Position numbers and translations under genes: made by a program
NCBI GenBank assembly: GCA_036003365.1
Contig: DASYSL010000086.1
Location: 1,258 to 65,257 of the forward strand
DNA: 64,000 bases
Direction: 5' to 3'
Origin: Candidatus Eiseniibacteriota bacterium
GTDB taxonomy: Bacteria > Eisenbacteria > RBG-16-71-46 > DASYSL01
The notes under the pieces: model-generated
The model's database searches: none
Told to the model about the DNA's origin: nothing
What the model saw: the letters and a program-made list of their open reading frames with translations, nothing else
Shown: piece by piece, positions 25,245 to 34,539 of the stretch
Position numbering within the stretch: the first letter of the stretch is position 1
Layout of the letters: each line of letters opens with the position of its first letter

Positions 25245-27779
25245 TCACTCGATCGGTCTCCAGTCCTTGGCATCGAGCTGGACGGCGCCCGGCCCGGTCT
25301 GCGTCAGCGGGTTGGTGTTCTTCGTGAAGCCGAACTTCTCGAGCACCTTGGTGGTCGCGATCTGCACCTGAGTGCGGTCGAGGTACCAGAGCGGGATGCC
25401 GGTCCAGTCGAGCTCCCATGCCGCCCCTGTGTGGTCGACGACGTGGAACCACACCGGCTTGCCGTCCGGCCAGTCGTTCGCGGCGCGGATTCTCTGCGTC
25501 AGGCAGCGGCCGAGGAAGAGCGTGTCGAACTCGGCCTCGGACGGGGAGATGCTATTGGCCAGCGAAAGATACGGGCAAGCGATGCTCGACGGCGGCTTGG
25601 TCGGCCAAAAGTTGAATTCCGTCTGCATGGGGATGATCGACAGCCCATCCCAGGTCGGCAGGTTCCTGACCGAGGCCGGGCCGACGCGCGGATCGCAGGT
25701 CGCGGTGCGCTGGCCCGTCCATCCATCGGGTGGCCAGGGCGCGTCCGTGCACATGAACTGCGGCAGATAGGGAATGAAATCGCCGTAGTTGTCGTTCACG
25801 GACTGAATGTCTCCCGCCCCACCCTGGTCGGCGATGTCGATCCCCGAATGGATCTTCAGGTAGTCGTACATGAAGTTTCCCGGCCACAGGATGTGCTGGC
25901 GGTCCGGCTTCGTACCCTCCCCGCGGTACGGGAAGGGCGCCGGGCCGGTGCCGGCGAAGCGCGTGACGTAGCCGGCGGCGAGCGTCTGCAGGATGCCGCT
26001 GCCGAACAGGAACGCCTTGCCGCCCTGCGACAGGTAGACGGCCAGCGTGTTGAGGTGGCCGGCGTCGGTGATGTAGTGCAGGGCGCTCTCGGGGCTCGAT
26101 CCGAACTTGCTCGTGCCGATGCGGCCCGCGTCCTTGTCGCCCGTGTACCAGACGACCGCTCGGTACTTGGTCATGATGCTCAGCGGCAAGCCGTTGGTGG
26201 GCGTGAAGCGGTAGTCGAGCGTGTCGCTCACGATATTGCCGCTGGCGTCGGAGAAGAAGCCGGAGAAGATGCCCGGTTTCGATGTTCCTCCGATTCCGAC
26301 CCAGGGAACTCCGCCCTTGGCGTAGAACAGCGTATCGAGCGTCGACTCGATCGGATAGTTCGAGTATGCCGCGTGGTCGGCGCGGTCGGTGTCGCCGCGG
26401 AAGTCGTCGAAGAACAGGATGTTCTTGGCGATGCTCGGATCCTTGAACGCTGCTTTCACCACTTCGAGCTGGATGACCATGATCGAGGTGGCGCCGGTGT
26501 TGTCACGCGCCTCGAGGTAGAAGCGGTGGAAGATGGTCGTGTCGGGATGCCCGTTCACGGTCGTGATCTGGTAGAACGGCCCGAGGATGGTGGACGTCTC
26601 GGTGGTCGACCAGCTCGACCAGCGGTAGGTCTGCGAATCGTTGTCGCGCGGCGTCTCGTTGAAGATGTCGCCGTCGATGGGGTCGAGCACCCAGCGGAAG
26701 CCGTTCAGGACGGTGCCCTGCGAGAGGGCGGCGACGTCCCAGTTCATGGGGATCGGCTGTCCCTCGGGAACTTCCAGCGGCACGACGCGCGACTCGCTCA
26801 AGTCGAAGCTCCCGCGCGCACCCTGGCTGCGGATGAAGAACGAGTTGAAGACCACGATGGCCGGCGCCTGCAGCTCGGTGCTGGGCTTGAAGCGCAGCAC
26901 GTTGTTGTTGAGGTTGAAGCGCGGCTCGTAGGCGCCCGCGATGTCGAACGCGACGACGGCGAAGTACCACACCTGACCGGGGGTCACGCCTTCGTACTGC
27001 TTGAACGTGGTGTCGGCGGACACCGAATCCCAGTCGGCGAAATTGGGCGCATCATGGCTGAAGAAATTCTGGATGTCCTGCTGGGTGGGCGTGATGCCGC
27101 CGATTTGCTGCACCTGCTGGATCGTCGACTGGCTCACCAGCTTGAACTTGTACAAGCGGGGCGGGCCGCCGACGCCTTCGCCTTCACGGTCCGGGTCGGT
27201 GCCGTGCCACTCGATGCGCACGCTGGGAGCCGTGGTGGCCGTGCTTCCCGCTCCGGGGTTGGGCGATGTGATCTGGGTGACCGGGGCCACGGTGCGCGAG
27301 CTGAAGCTCACGCTCGTGGGCGGCGAGAAGGCGCCTTCGTTGTCGACCGCCTTGATGGTGAACTCGTGGTAGTCCTTGCTCGTCACCTGGGTGGCCGGGA
27401 AGCTCCCCGAAGTCACGTTCGTGCTGCCCGGACTCGGCTCGCTCGACTTGAAGAAGATCGTCGTCTCGTTGCGGTCGATCCGCGTCCACACGGTGTCGCC
27501 CAGCGCCGGCGGGTCCACGGCGTAGATGAAATAATCGACGCGGCCGTCGGAGTCCGAGCCAGTCCACTGCAGGCGCACCTTGAAGTAGACGGAGTCGCCC
27601 GGCTGCGGGCGCGCCGTCAGCTGGACCTGCGGACGATAGTTTTGGACCCCGATCCCCCCGCCTCCCTTGGACGAACAGCCCCACGCCGCGAGCGCCAGAC
27701 AAGCGGCGAACAGCAGCCGCTGCGCTCCACCCCATGCATTGTTCATGCGGCTCACATCCTTTCGCCGTCCGGCCTTCAT
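25245..27779 (-). CDS. Large lipoprotein (844 aa), uncharacterised, paralogous to the upstream gene. Its ATGA overlaps the upstream stop.
   Basis: Lipobox 'LALAAWGC'. Repeated 'W.GSD.DG.V..F.YAV' and 'YKFKLV' beta-sandwich-like modules. Confidence 0.7.
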   Translation of the reverse strand: MKAGRRKDVSRMNNAWGGAQRLLFAACLALAAWGCSSKGGGGIGVQNYRPQVQLTARPQPGDSVYFKVRLQWTGSDSDGRVDYFIYAVDPPALGDTVWTRIDRNETTIFFKSSEPSPGSTNVTSGSFPATQVTSKDYHEFTIKAVDNEGAFSPPTSVSFSSRTVAPVTQITSPNPGAGSTATTAPSVRIEWHGTDPDREGEGVGGPPRLYKFKLVSQSTIQQVQQIGGITPTQQDIQNFFSHDAPNFADWDSVSADTTFKQYEGVTPGQVWYFAVVAFDIAGAYEPRFNLNNNVLRFKPSTELQAPAIVVFNSFFIRSQGARGSFDLSESRVVPLEVPEGQPIPMNWDVAALSQGTVLNGFRWVLDPIDGDIFNETPRDNDSQTYRWSSWSTTETSTILGPFYQITTVNGHPDTTIFHRFYLEARDNTGATSIMVIQLEVVKAAFKDPSIAKNILFFDDFRGDTDRADHAAYSNYPIESTLDTLFYAKGGVPWVGIGGTSKPGIFSGFFSDASGNIVSDTLDYRFTPTNGLPLSIMTKYRAVVWYTGDKDAGRIGTSKFGSSPESALHYITDAGHLNTLAVYLSQGGKAFLFGSGILQTLAAGYVTRFAGTGPAPFPYRGEGTKPDRQHILWPGNFMYDYLKIHSGIDIADQGGAGDIQSVNDNYGDFIPYLPQFMCTDAPWPPDGWTGQRTATCDPRVGPASVRNLPTWDGLSIIPMQTEFNFWPTKPPSSIACPYLSLANSISPSEAEFDTLFLGRCLTQRIRAANDWPDGKPVWFHVVDHTGAAWELDWTGIPLWYLDRTQVQIATTKVLEKFGFTKNTNPLTQTGPGAVQLDAKDWRPIE

Positions 27780-29722
27780 GGCGTCACCGTCTGCCAGTAG
27801 AAGGGGATCTTCGCGCGCACGATCCGGCGGTCGACGAGGCTGACCGCGTCGGGATCGGGGAAGTCGGACAGCTCGAACTCGAAATAGTGGCGTCCCGGAG
27901 GGAAGACGGATGGATCAGTCGGAATGTTGATGGGAAGCGTTTCGCCCGAGTGCATGAGCTGGCCCTGCGACGAGCTCCAGCCTTCGTCGTCGGCAAGGTT
28001 ATCGCCGTCGGTGCGGAAACGGACGCGGACCAGGAACGGGGCGGGACCGGAGCTGGTCGAATCGGAGTCGTACATGAACAGGCGCGCGACGAAGTTGGGC
28101 GCCGTGATCAGGGTATCGGGCGTCGGCGCGAAGCCCACGATCTGCGGCAGGAAGTATGGGTTGTAGTTCGAGAACCAGTTCAGCACGAGGCGACGCAGCA
28201 CCGTGTCGGCCGGAGCCAGCGAGCCGTTGTTGTAGTTGTAGATGTACTCGCGCGGGTTGCGGATGCGGCGGTCGCGGCCGAGATTGCCGTCCACCGAGCG
28301 CACCTGGGCGAACGATTTTCCGGTGAACCCGGCGCCCGGGAAGTACGGCACGTTGAAGTACAGCTCCGGCCGATAGCTGGGTGAGAGCGGATCGAAGTTG
28401 GGATAGATCTCGGTGAACGACGGCGTCTGCGGCACACCGGTCGTGAGCTCGGTGATGATGCGGTATTCGACGCCGATCGGCGAGCCGTTGGCCGGGCCGG
28501 GAATCGCCACCACGCCCTTGTCGGTGGGCGGCGGATTGCTGGTGAGCACCGCGTAGGGCGAATCCTTGTCGCGGCCACCGGCGAAGAAGTAAAGACCCTC
28601 GGCATTGCGCGCCACGGTGTCCGAGTCGACGCGGATGTACCAGTGCCACTCGAATCCGATGCGAACCTTCTCGAGGAAGGTCGCCATCGGCTTGCGGTCG
28701 GCGGGCAGCGTGTTGAAGCGCCCCGGGCCGAGCCACTTGTCGAGCACCGCGGGCGCCGCGCCCGTCGACGGATCGCCGAGCACGTAGAGGCCGCGGCCGT
28801 CACGCAAGGAGGCGGCGCGCACATCGGGATCGGTGGTGTCCGGGCCCGCCCACCAGGTGTCGGGATCGAAGTTCACGACGAAGCGGCGCAGCGAGTCGGG
28901 GAACGTGGTGCCGCCCGCCTCGTCGACCGAGCGCACGCGGAAGACGTTGAGGCCTACGGGAGGCGGCGCCGGATTCGGGCCGGTGCCCGTGCCATACGAC
29001 ACCTGCTTGGTGAGCGAGTCGACGGACTGGTAGTCGGTCTCCACGAGCTTGTAGCGGTAGCCCGCGATCTGGCTCTGCCAATCCTTGTCGAATCCGTGCC
29101 ACCCGAAGTAGACCGCGGAGCCGACCGGAATGGTGTCGCGCGGCAACGACGTCGCCTGCGTGGGATCCTGCGGATCGGTGAGATTGATCGCGAACGGTTG
29201 CGAGACCACGCCGCCGCCCGGCGCCGGCACGAAGATGTTGCCCTCGGCGCGCGCGAAGTCCCACACGATGCCGGGCAGGTTGCGATCGCGCGCCACGAAG
29301 CGCGTGAACGCCGGCGTGGGATCCGCCTTGCCCTCGTTGTCGACGGCGAACACGTAGAGCCCGTGCTCACGGTCGGTGCCGAGACCCTCGTGGATGTTGA
29401 AGATGAACACCGAGTCGGTCTTGGTCGTGAAATGCCACTGGCTCGGCTTGGGCCCAGGCAACGGATTGCCGGACAGCGTCTCGGTCACGGCGAAGTAGAA
29501 GCCGGCCACGGCGCCATCCACGTCGGAGCCCGACCAGTGCACGTGATAGCGGTACGGCGCACGGTTCAAGGGCTTGCCACCGATCGAATCGAGAGGAGCC
29601 GCGGTGAGATAGGTCTCAGGGGCGCGGTTTCGATCCGTATTCGGGGCGACCGTCTTCCGGCAGGAGATTTGGGCCAGGGCGACAAGCAAAACGACAAAAA
29701 TTCCCCACCACTTCAAACGCAT
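27776..29722 (-). CDS. Large lipoprotein (648 aa), uncharacterised paralog of the 844-aa lipoprotein.
   Basis: Signal peptide with 'LAQISC' lipobox-like cysteine. 'RYHVHWSGSDVDGAVAGFYFAV', 'YRYKLVETD' and 'VFRVRSVDEAGG' modules shared with the downstream gene. Confidence 0.7.
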   Translation of the reverse strand: MRLKWWGIFVVLLVALAQISCRKTVAPNTDRNRAPETYLTAAPLDSIGGKPLNRAPYRYHVHWSGSDVDGAVAGFYFAVTETLSGNPLPGPKPSQWHFTTKTDSVFIFNIHEGLGTDREHGLYVFAVDNEGKADPTPAFTRFVARDRNLPGIVWDFARAEGNIFVPAPGGGVVSQPFAINLTDPQDPTQATSLPRDTIPVGSAVYFGWHGFDKDWQSQIAGYRYKLVETDYQSVDSLTKQVSYGTGTGPNPAPPPVGLNVFRVRSVDEAGGTTFPDSLRRFVVNFDPDTWWAGPDTTDPDVRAASLRDGRGLYVLGDPSTGAAPAVLDKWLGPGRFNTLPADRKPMATFLEKVRIGFEWHWYIRVDSDTVARNAEGLYFFAGGRDKDSPYAVLTSNPPPTDKGVVAIPGPANGSPIGVEYRIITELTTGVPQTPSFTEIYPNFDPLSPSYRPELYFNVPYFPGAGFTGKSFAQVRSVDGNLGRDRRIRNPREYIYNYNNGSLAPADTVLRRLVLNWFSNYNPYFLPQIVGFAPTPDTLITAPNFVARLFMYDSDSTSSGPAPFLVRVRFRTDGDNLADDEGWSSSQGQLMHSGETLPINIPTDPSVFPPGRHYFEFELSDFPDPDAVSLVDRRIVRAKIPFYWQTVTP

Positions 29723-29837
29723 CCAGCGTCCTCCAGAAACGCCCTGAATTGTGCCCGGTGTGACAAGAATCTAACGATTGGGGGCGTGGTCCGTCAACCA
29801 CCCGATCGCGGCCAAGAACCTTCCCGCCAGCGCGCCG

Positions 29838-30080
29838 GGGGCCTGCCCTCGCCCTAGAACATGGGCGGGCGTCGGGCAGGCCCCCGCGTGGCGGTGGGCT
29901 CTACGCACAAACCTACTGGTTCACTTCGCGTCCCTGCCGTCAATTCCCTCAGTTTCCCCGATTTGGACTCCCCAGGCTTCAGATGGCGATGCCCCACCTT
30001 GCTGGCTTCCTGGTGCGGGGTCGCGGGCTTTCCCGAAGGGCCTCGTGTGTCCGGCCCGAGGGAAAGCCCGGGACTTCGCA
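29838..30080. promoter_or_regulatory. Structured intergenic region with two long inverted repeats. It lies between the end of the 1420-aa gene and the start of the lipoprotein operon.
   Basis: First inverted repeat is GGGGGCCTGCCC...GGGCAGGCCCCC at 29838-29886. Second is CGGGCTTTCCC-(GGGCC..GGCCC)-GGGAAAGCCCG at 30034-30080. Confidence 0.4.
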
Positions 30081-30085
30081 CCACC

Positions 30086-30121
30086 AAAAAAAAGAAGGCG
30101 GGGGGTCTCCCCCCCGCCCTC
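30086..30121 (-). terminator. Rho-independent terminator for the 1420-aa secreted-protein gene.
   Basis: Minus strand reads GGCGGGGGGGAGACCCCCCGCC followed by TTCTTTTTTTT, 25 nt downstream of the stop. Confidence 0.75.
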
Positions 30122-30146
30122 TGCGCTTTCGCGCCCGACTCAGACG

Positions 30147-33100
30147 TTAGTTGCCCGCCTGACCCAGGAGCACCATGCGCTGGCTGTTGTTCTGGAACTG
30201 CACGCCAGGAGCCGACAGGCGATAGAAGTACACGCCCGAGGCAGCCTTCGTGCCGCTCGAAGTGACGCCGTCCCAGCGATAGAGGTTGTCCGCGCCCACA
30301 TGACCCTCGACGGTCGCCTCATGCACGAGACGGCCCGCGACGTTGTAGAAGCGGATCGTGACCTTCGCCGGCTGAGCCAGCGAGAACCGCACCGACGCCG
30401 CACCCGCAACCGAGGGGTTGGGGAACGCGCCGCGCACGAAGTTCAGCGCCAGACCAGGAACGTCGCCCACGCCGATGACCGGGTTCACACGCGCGCACTG
30501 GTTGAACGCCGTCAACGCGTCGTTCATCCACTCGCGGCGACCGTAGTCGTTCGCGGCGATGTTCGACACCGCGGCAGTCGTCGGGTCCGAAGGACCACCC
30601 CAACCGCGCAGGTTGTCGAACGAGAAGCCGTCGAGCAGCGTGGCATAGAAGCGACCCGCGCCCGCGTCCAGACGACGATACACCGACGAATAGAACGGCC
30701 CAGCAGAGCCGGCACCACGGTCCGAGACGTCTTCGTAACGGGCCGCGCGCTCAGCACCGGGGACGCCACCATCGCGATCGATGATGTCGAGGATGCCCTG
30801 GCACGAGTTGAAGATGCCGTAACGGCGATTGGAGTGGAACGGATCGGCAGCACCCGGATCAGCATCCAGCGGCTTGAAGATGGCCACCGTCGACTGGTTC
30901 CCGGTGAAGTCGAAGTAGTTGTCCTGCACGAACAGGCCGCCCATGCGCGACAAGAGGATGCCGCACGAGGTTCCGGGCGAGGTGGCGAGATCCTGAGTCA
31001 GACCGTCACCGTTGCCCCAGAAGGCCTTCTCGTTCCCCGACGCCGCGCGGTCGAGCCACTGGTTGATCATACCCGCGTCGTCCGCCTGCTCCTGACCCGT
31101 GCCCGAGCCGTCATGCATGGCACCGGCCGACTCGTCGAGGTCCACGGAGTCCCAGATGATCGTGTTGTAGTAGCGGTCAAGCATGTCGACCGTCGGACCC
31201 TGCTTGCTCTGCCGGTCCGAAACGCCCGGATCGACACCGCCACCAGGGATGCGGCAACCAATACGGTCACCCTCTCCCGACTCGGAAGCGCGAATGTCGA
31301 ACTTGTCGTACGCCAGGCCCATCATGCCCAGGTTCGGCGACACGAAGCCGGCAGGATTGTTGACGTCGTTCGACGTGGCCACGGCCTTCCAGCCGCGGTC
31401 GGCGCCGTTGTCCGTGCCATAACCGAGCGAGTCGAGCGCGCCCACAACCGCGGGCTCGCCGCCGCGCCGGTCACCGGCATCGACGTAGAGCAAGCAAGCC
31501 AGACCGTTGCCGCCGAACCGCGTGTCCTTCCACATGTCGGGGAAGACATCGAAGCTGTCGAAACGGAGCTGGTCGAAGTAGCCGCCCATTCCGGTCTGCA
31601 GCGATACCGTCGTCGTATCCGGCGACATGTTCAGTAGCGCGTGCGTCCCGTCGGAAGCAGCCGAGCGACGGACGAAGTACTCGATGTGCGTACCGGGCGT
31701 GAACAGACCGTCCGGCAGAATCTTCGTGCCCTCTTTCGTCGTCGTACCCGCCGGATAACCATCACCGCTCGGCGGATAGGTCGTCCCGAGGGCCAAGCAT
31801 GAGGCCGGGTCGCAGCAGAGGTTCGACTGGTTGACCGGGCCGCTGAAATCGATCACGTAGCAGTAGCTGACCGTCTTGGCGAGCACGCCCGAATTGGCGC
31901 CGCCGTGCGGATCGGTCTCCTCGTAGGTGCCCTGCCAGTTGTCGGGCGCCGTCTGGCCGATGCTCTTGAACGCGACCGGATACAGCTGGGTCGCCTGAGC
32001 CGAGTCCATACGCGCCGAGTTCCACGTGTTGGGATCCCACTTGGTGCCGCTGTGGTGAGCGCCCGCACCCGCAGGGGTGCCTACATCACCGTCGTTGGCC
32101 ATGTACTGGCCCCAGAACGAACCGTCTCCAGGAACAGCCAGGTTGCCAGCAACGTTGCCCAGCGCCACGACCTTCAACAGCGCGCTGTTCACGTTGCCCT
32201 TGGTGGAGTAGTTGCCCGGACCCGGCTTGATACGGAAGACCAGGTCCATGCGCGCATCGGCGCCCGCCGAGGTGTAGAGGAGCGAGTCACCAGAGATGAC
32301 GCCCTCACCACCGCCCGTCTTGGCGTTGTTCAGACCGTCCTTCACCAGAGCGGTGACGGTGTCGAACCCAGCCGAGCCCGGAGCGATGCTCTCGTTGAAC
32401 GGGAACGTGTCGCCCAAGAGGAACCAGAAGAAGGTGCTCAGAGACGGCTTCGCAGCGCCGGCTCCGGTGATGAAGCCCATGCGGATGTTGTCCCAGTACG
32501 TGCCGTCGGTCTGACCGCACGCCGTCGCCGAGAAGCGGGCGCAGCGCGTCTGGTTCTCGACCGCAACCTTGACCGAGTCCGCGTGAGCGATGTTGATGAA
32601 GGCGCCGAGGTCGCCAGGATCCGAGTCGTACGTGACGCAGACCGGCGTGCCGTAGTCATTGATGGCGCCCAGTGTGTTGACCGAGGACCACTCGACGTTC
32701 GTCGGTCCCTCGACCTGCTTCTCACCCGAGTTCGCCAGTGCCGGGTCGTACTTCACTTGGATCGCGTACCAGAAGAACACGCCCGAGAGACCGGCATCGT
32801 CGAAGCCAGAGTAGAAGTCGAACTGGAGGTTCGTGTTGCTGGCATCCGTCCGCAGCGTCGGGGGAGTCCCCTGCGCCGTGGCACGGCCCGAGAGATCGTG
32901 CAGGACGATCGTCGGGCTGATGGACCAGTTCTGCGACTCGAGGTGGAACGTGTGCGCCGGGTTGGCGCCCTCGGGGTCGTGGTTGGACTGGACCAGGATG
33001 TTCTCGCTCAGGTTACAGAACAGCTTGCCGCAAGGATCGGCGAACGGCAGGTCGTTCTGGTTGTGAATGTGGCCGTAGTACGCGGGCGAGCGGCCCGACG

Positions 33101-34409
33101 TGATCCACGACGACGACGGCGAGTTCTCGACGAACGAGGCACCCGACCGCGTGAAGCGCGGCTTGATGTCGCTGGCCGACTCGAAGGTCGTCGTGCTGCC
33201 GTACACGCTCACGTTGTCGACCACGACTGCTCCGGTCGTGGAGTTCCACGCCGAGGCCGTCGGGGTGCTCGCGGGACGAGCGTCATCGAAGAAACGGTTC
33301 GTCTTGACGCGGAGGACGACGCGAACCGAGCTCCAGCCCGTGCCAGCCGGAATCGCCAGGGGGCCCGTATTGGCCGTCGGTGCGACGCCCGTCACGGAGA
33401 AGAGGAGCTTCGGCGCAGCGGCGCCGCCGAGACTGAAATCGAGCGCATCCGAAAGATAGCGGTGAGCCTTGTCATAGACTCCCGACTCCTTCGGGGCGCC
33501 GATCCATACTTCGAACGAGTCCACCGGCTCTGCACCCGAGTTGGCGAGGCAGACCAGGTTGGCGCTCGAGAACGGATCGGGGGTGAACCAGCCACCACCG
33601 TTGCCCGGAGAAGTGCCCGGATCCGTCGTCCCGCCGTTGTTCAGCTCGGGACGGTAATCCATCGAGATCGTTCCGGCGCCGGTGTAGGTGAAGTCCCTGT
33701 ACAGGAGCTGGTCCCACTGCGACGCGTAACCAGGCCAAGCGCTACGGATGTTCGACGAAGTCGCGCGGAAATCCACGTGCTCCTCGTCCGCCGTGTACTT
33801 GTTGTTGGTGTACGAATCGGTGGGAGCATTGGCATCACCGGACATGCGCAGACCGCACCAAGCCGATCCGTTGCCCGTGATGTTGCTGGCGAATCCAGGA
33901 GCCACGCGGCCCGTGTCAGGCACCGACGTGAGGTTGTCCTGGTGCCACACGCCGGCCAGACCGTGCATGCGCGTCGCGCGGCCGTTGGCGAAGCGATTGA
34001 CCGTGAGGTTGTGGTCGCCGTTGTTGATGTCGTTGCCGAAATCGTAGTACCAGAACGGCCGGCTTACGGTCGTCAGGTACTTCGTGGTGCCGTCCGACGC
34101 CTGCGGGGCCTGGACGAACTCCCAGAACTGGGAGGAGTCCGTGCCCGTGATGTCGCCGGCATAGTAGGGCGTATCGAAATCCCACTTGCCGCCCACACCG
34201 ACCTTGTTGGGATCGGTGCTCGACGCCAAGAAGCCGTACCAAACGGTGGCCGCGGCTGCGGTCGAGAATCCCGACCGATAGCGCGGGGCGTTCAGTGCCG
34301 GCTTCTTCACGGCAACGTCCTGGTCGGTGGTCTGCGCAAGGGCAAAGCCCTGGCCCAGAACCATCGTTCCCAGCACGAGGCCGAGAAGCAGAGCAAGGAA
34401 ACGACGCAT
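30147..34409 (-). CDS. Giant secreted protein (1420 aa) with T9SS/Por-type C-terminal sorting domain. No other domains recognised.
   Basis: Signal peptide MRRFLALLLGLVLGTMVLGQGFALAQ. C-terminal 'FPNPS...VRFSLAQPAKVTIRFYNVAGRLVHE...GVYFYRL...RMVLL'. ATG at 34409 with GGAGG 8 nt upstream. Confidence 0.8.
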   Translation of the reverse strand: MRRFLALLLGLVLGTMVLGQGFALAQTTDQDVAVKKPALNAPRYRSGFSTAAAATVWYGFLASSTDPNKVGVGGKWDFDTPYYAGDITGTDSSQFWEFVQAPQASDGTTKYLTTVSRPFWYYDFGNDINNGDHNLTVNRFANGRATRMHGLAGVWHQDNLTSVPDTGRVAPGFASNITGNGSAWCGLRMSGDANAPTDSYTNNKYTADEEHVDFRATSSNIRSAWPGYASQWDQLLYRDFTYTGAGTISMDYRPELNNGGTTDPGTSPGNGGGWFTPDPFSSANLVCLANSGAEPVDSFEVWIGAPKESGVYDKAHRYLSDALDFSLGGAAAPKLLFSVTGVAPTANTGPLAIPAGTGWSSVRVVLRVKTNRFFDDARPASTPTASAWNSTTGAVVVDNVSVYGSTTTFESASDIKPRFTRSGASFVENSPSSSWITSGRSPAYYGHIHNQNDLPFADPCGKLFCNLSENILVQSNHDPEGANPAHTFHLESQNWSISPTIVLHDLSGRATAQGTPPTLRTDASNTNLQFDFYSGFDDAGLSGVFFWYAIQVKYDPALANSGEKQVEGPTNVEWSSVNTLGAINDYGTPVCVTYDSDPGDLGAFINIAHADSVKVAVENQTRCARFSATACGQTDGTYWDNIRMGFITGAGAAKPSLSTFFWFLLGDTFPFNESIAPGSAGFDTVTALVKDGLNNAKTGGGEGVISGDSLLYTSAGADARMDLVFRIKPGPGNYSTKGNVNSALLKVVALGNVAGNLAVPGDGSFWGQYMANDGDVGTPAGAGAHHSGTKWDPNTWNSARMDSAQATQLYPVAFKSIGQTAPDNWQGTYEETDPHGGANSGVLAKTVSYCYVIDFSGPVNQSNLCCDPASCLALGTTYPPSGDGYPAGTTTKEGTKILPDGLFTPGTHIEYFVRRSAASDGTHALLNMSPDTTTVSLQTGMGGYFDQLRFDSFDVFPDMWKDTRFGGNGLACLLYVDAGDRRGGEPAVVGALDSLGYGTDNGADRGWKAVATSNDVNNPAGFVSPNLGMMGLAYDKFDIRASESGEGDRIGCRIPGGGVDPGVSDRQSKQGPTVDMLDRYYNTIIWDSVDLDESAGAMHDGSGTGQEQADDAGMINQWLDRAASGNEKAFWGNGDGLTQDLATSPGTSCGILLSRMGGLFVQDNYFDFTGNQSTVAIFKPLDADPGAADPFHSNRRYGIFNSCQGILDIIDRDGGVPGAERAARYEDVSDRGAGSAGPFYSSVYRRLDAGAGRFYATLLDGFSFDNLRGWGGPSDPTTAAVSNIAANDYGRREWMNDALTAFNQCARVNPVIGVGDVPGLALNFVRGAFPNPSVAGAASVRFSLAQPAKVTIRFYNVAGRLVHEATVEGHVGADNLYRWDGVTSSGTKAASGVYFYRLSAPGVQFQNNSQRMVLLGQAGN

Positions 34410-34539
34410 GTTGTCAGCCTCCAACGAGACGGCTCGAGTCCGCCTCTGAGAGTAGAGAGAACGACTCCCGGGAGGAGTATCCAGAAGAACAATCCGACGC
34501 GCCGGCTTCACCCGCCCGAGAACCTTGTCCGCTCGCAAT

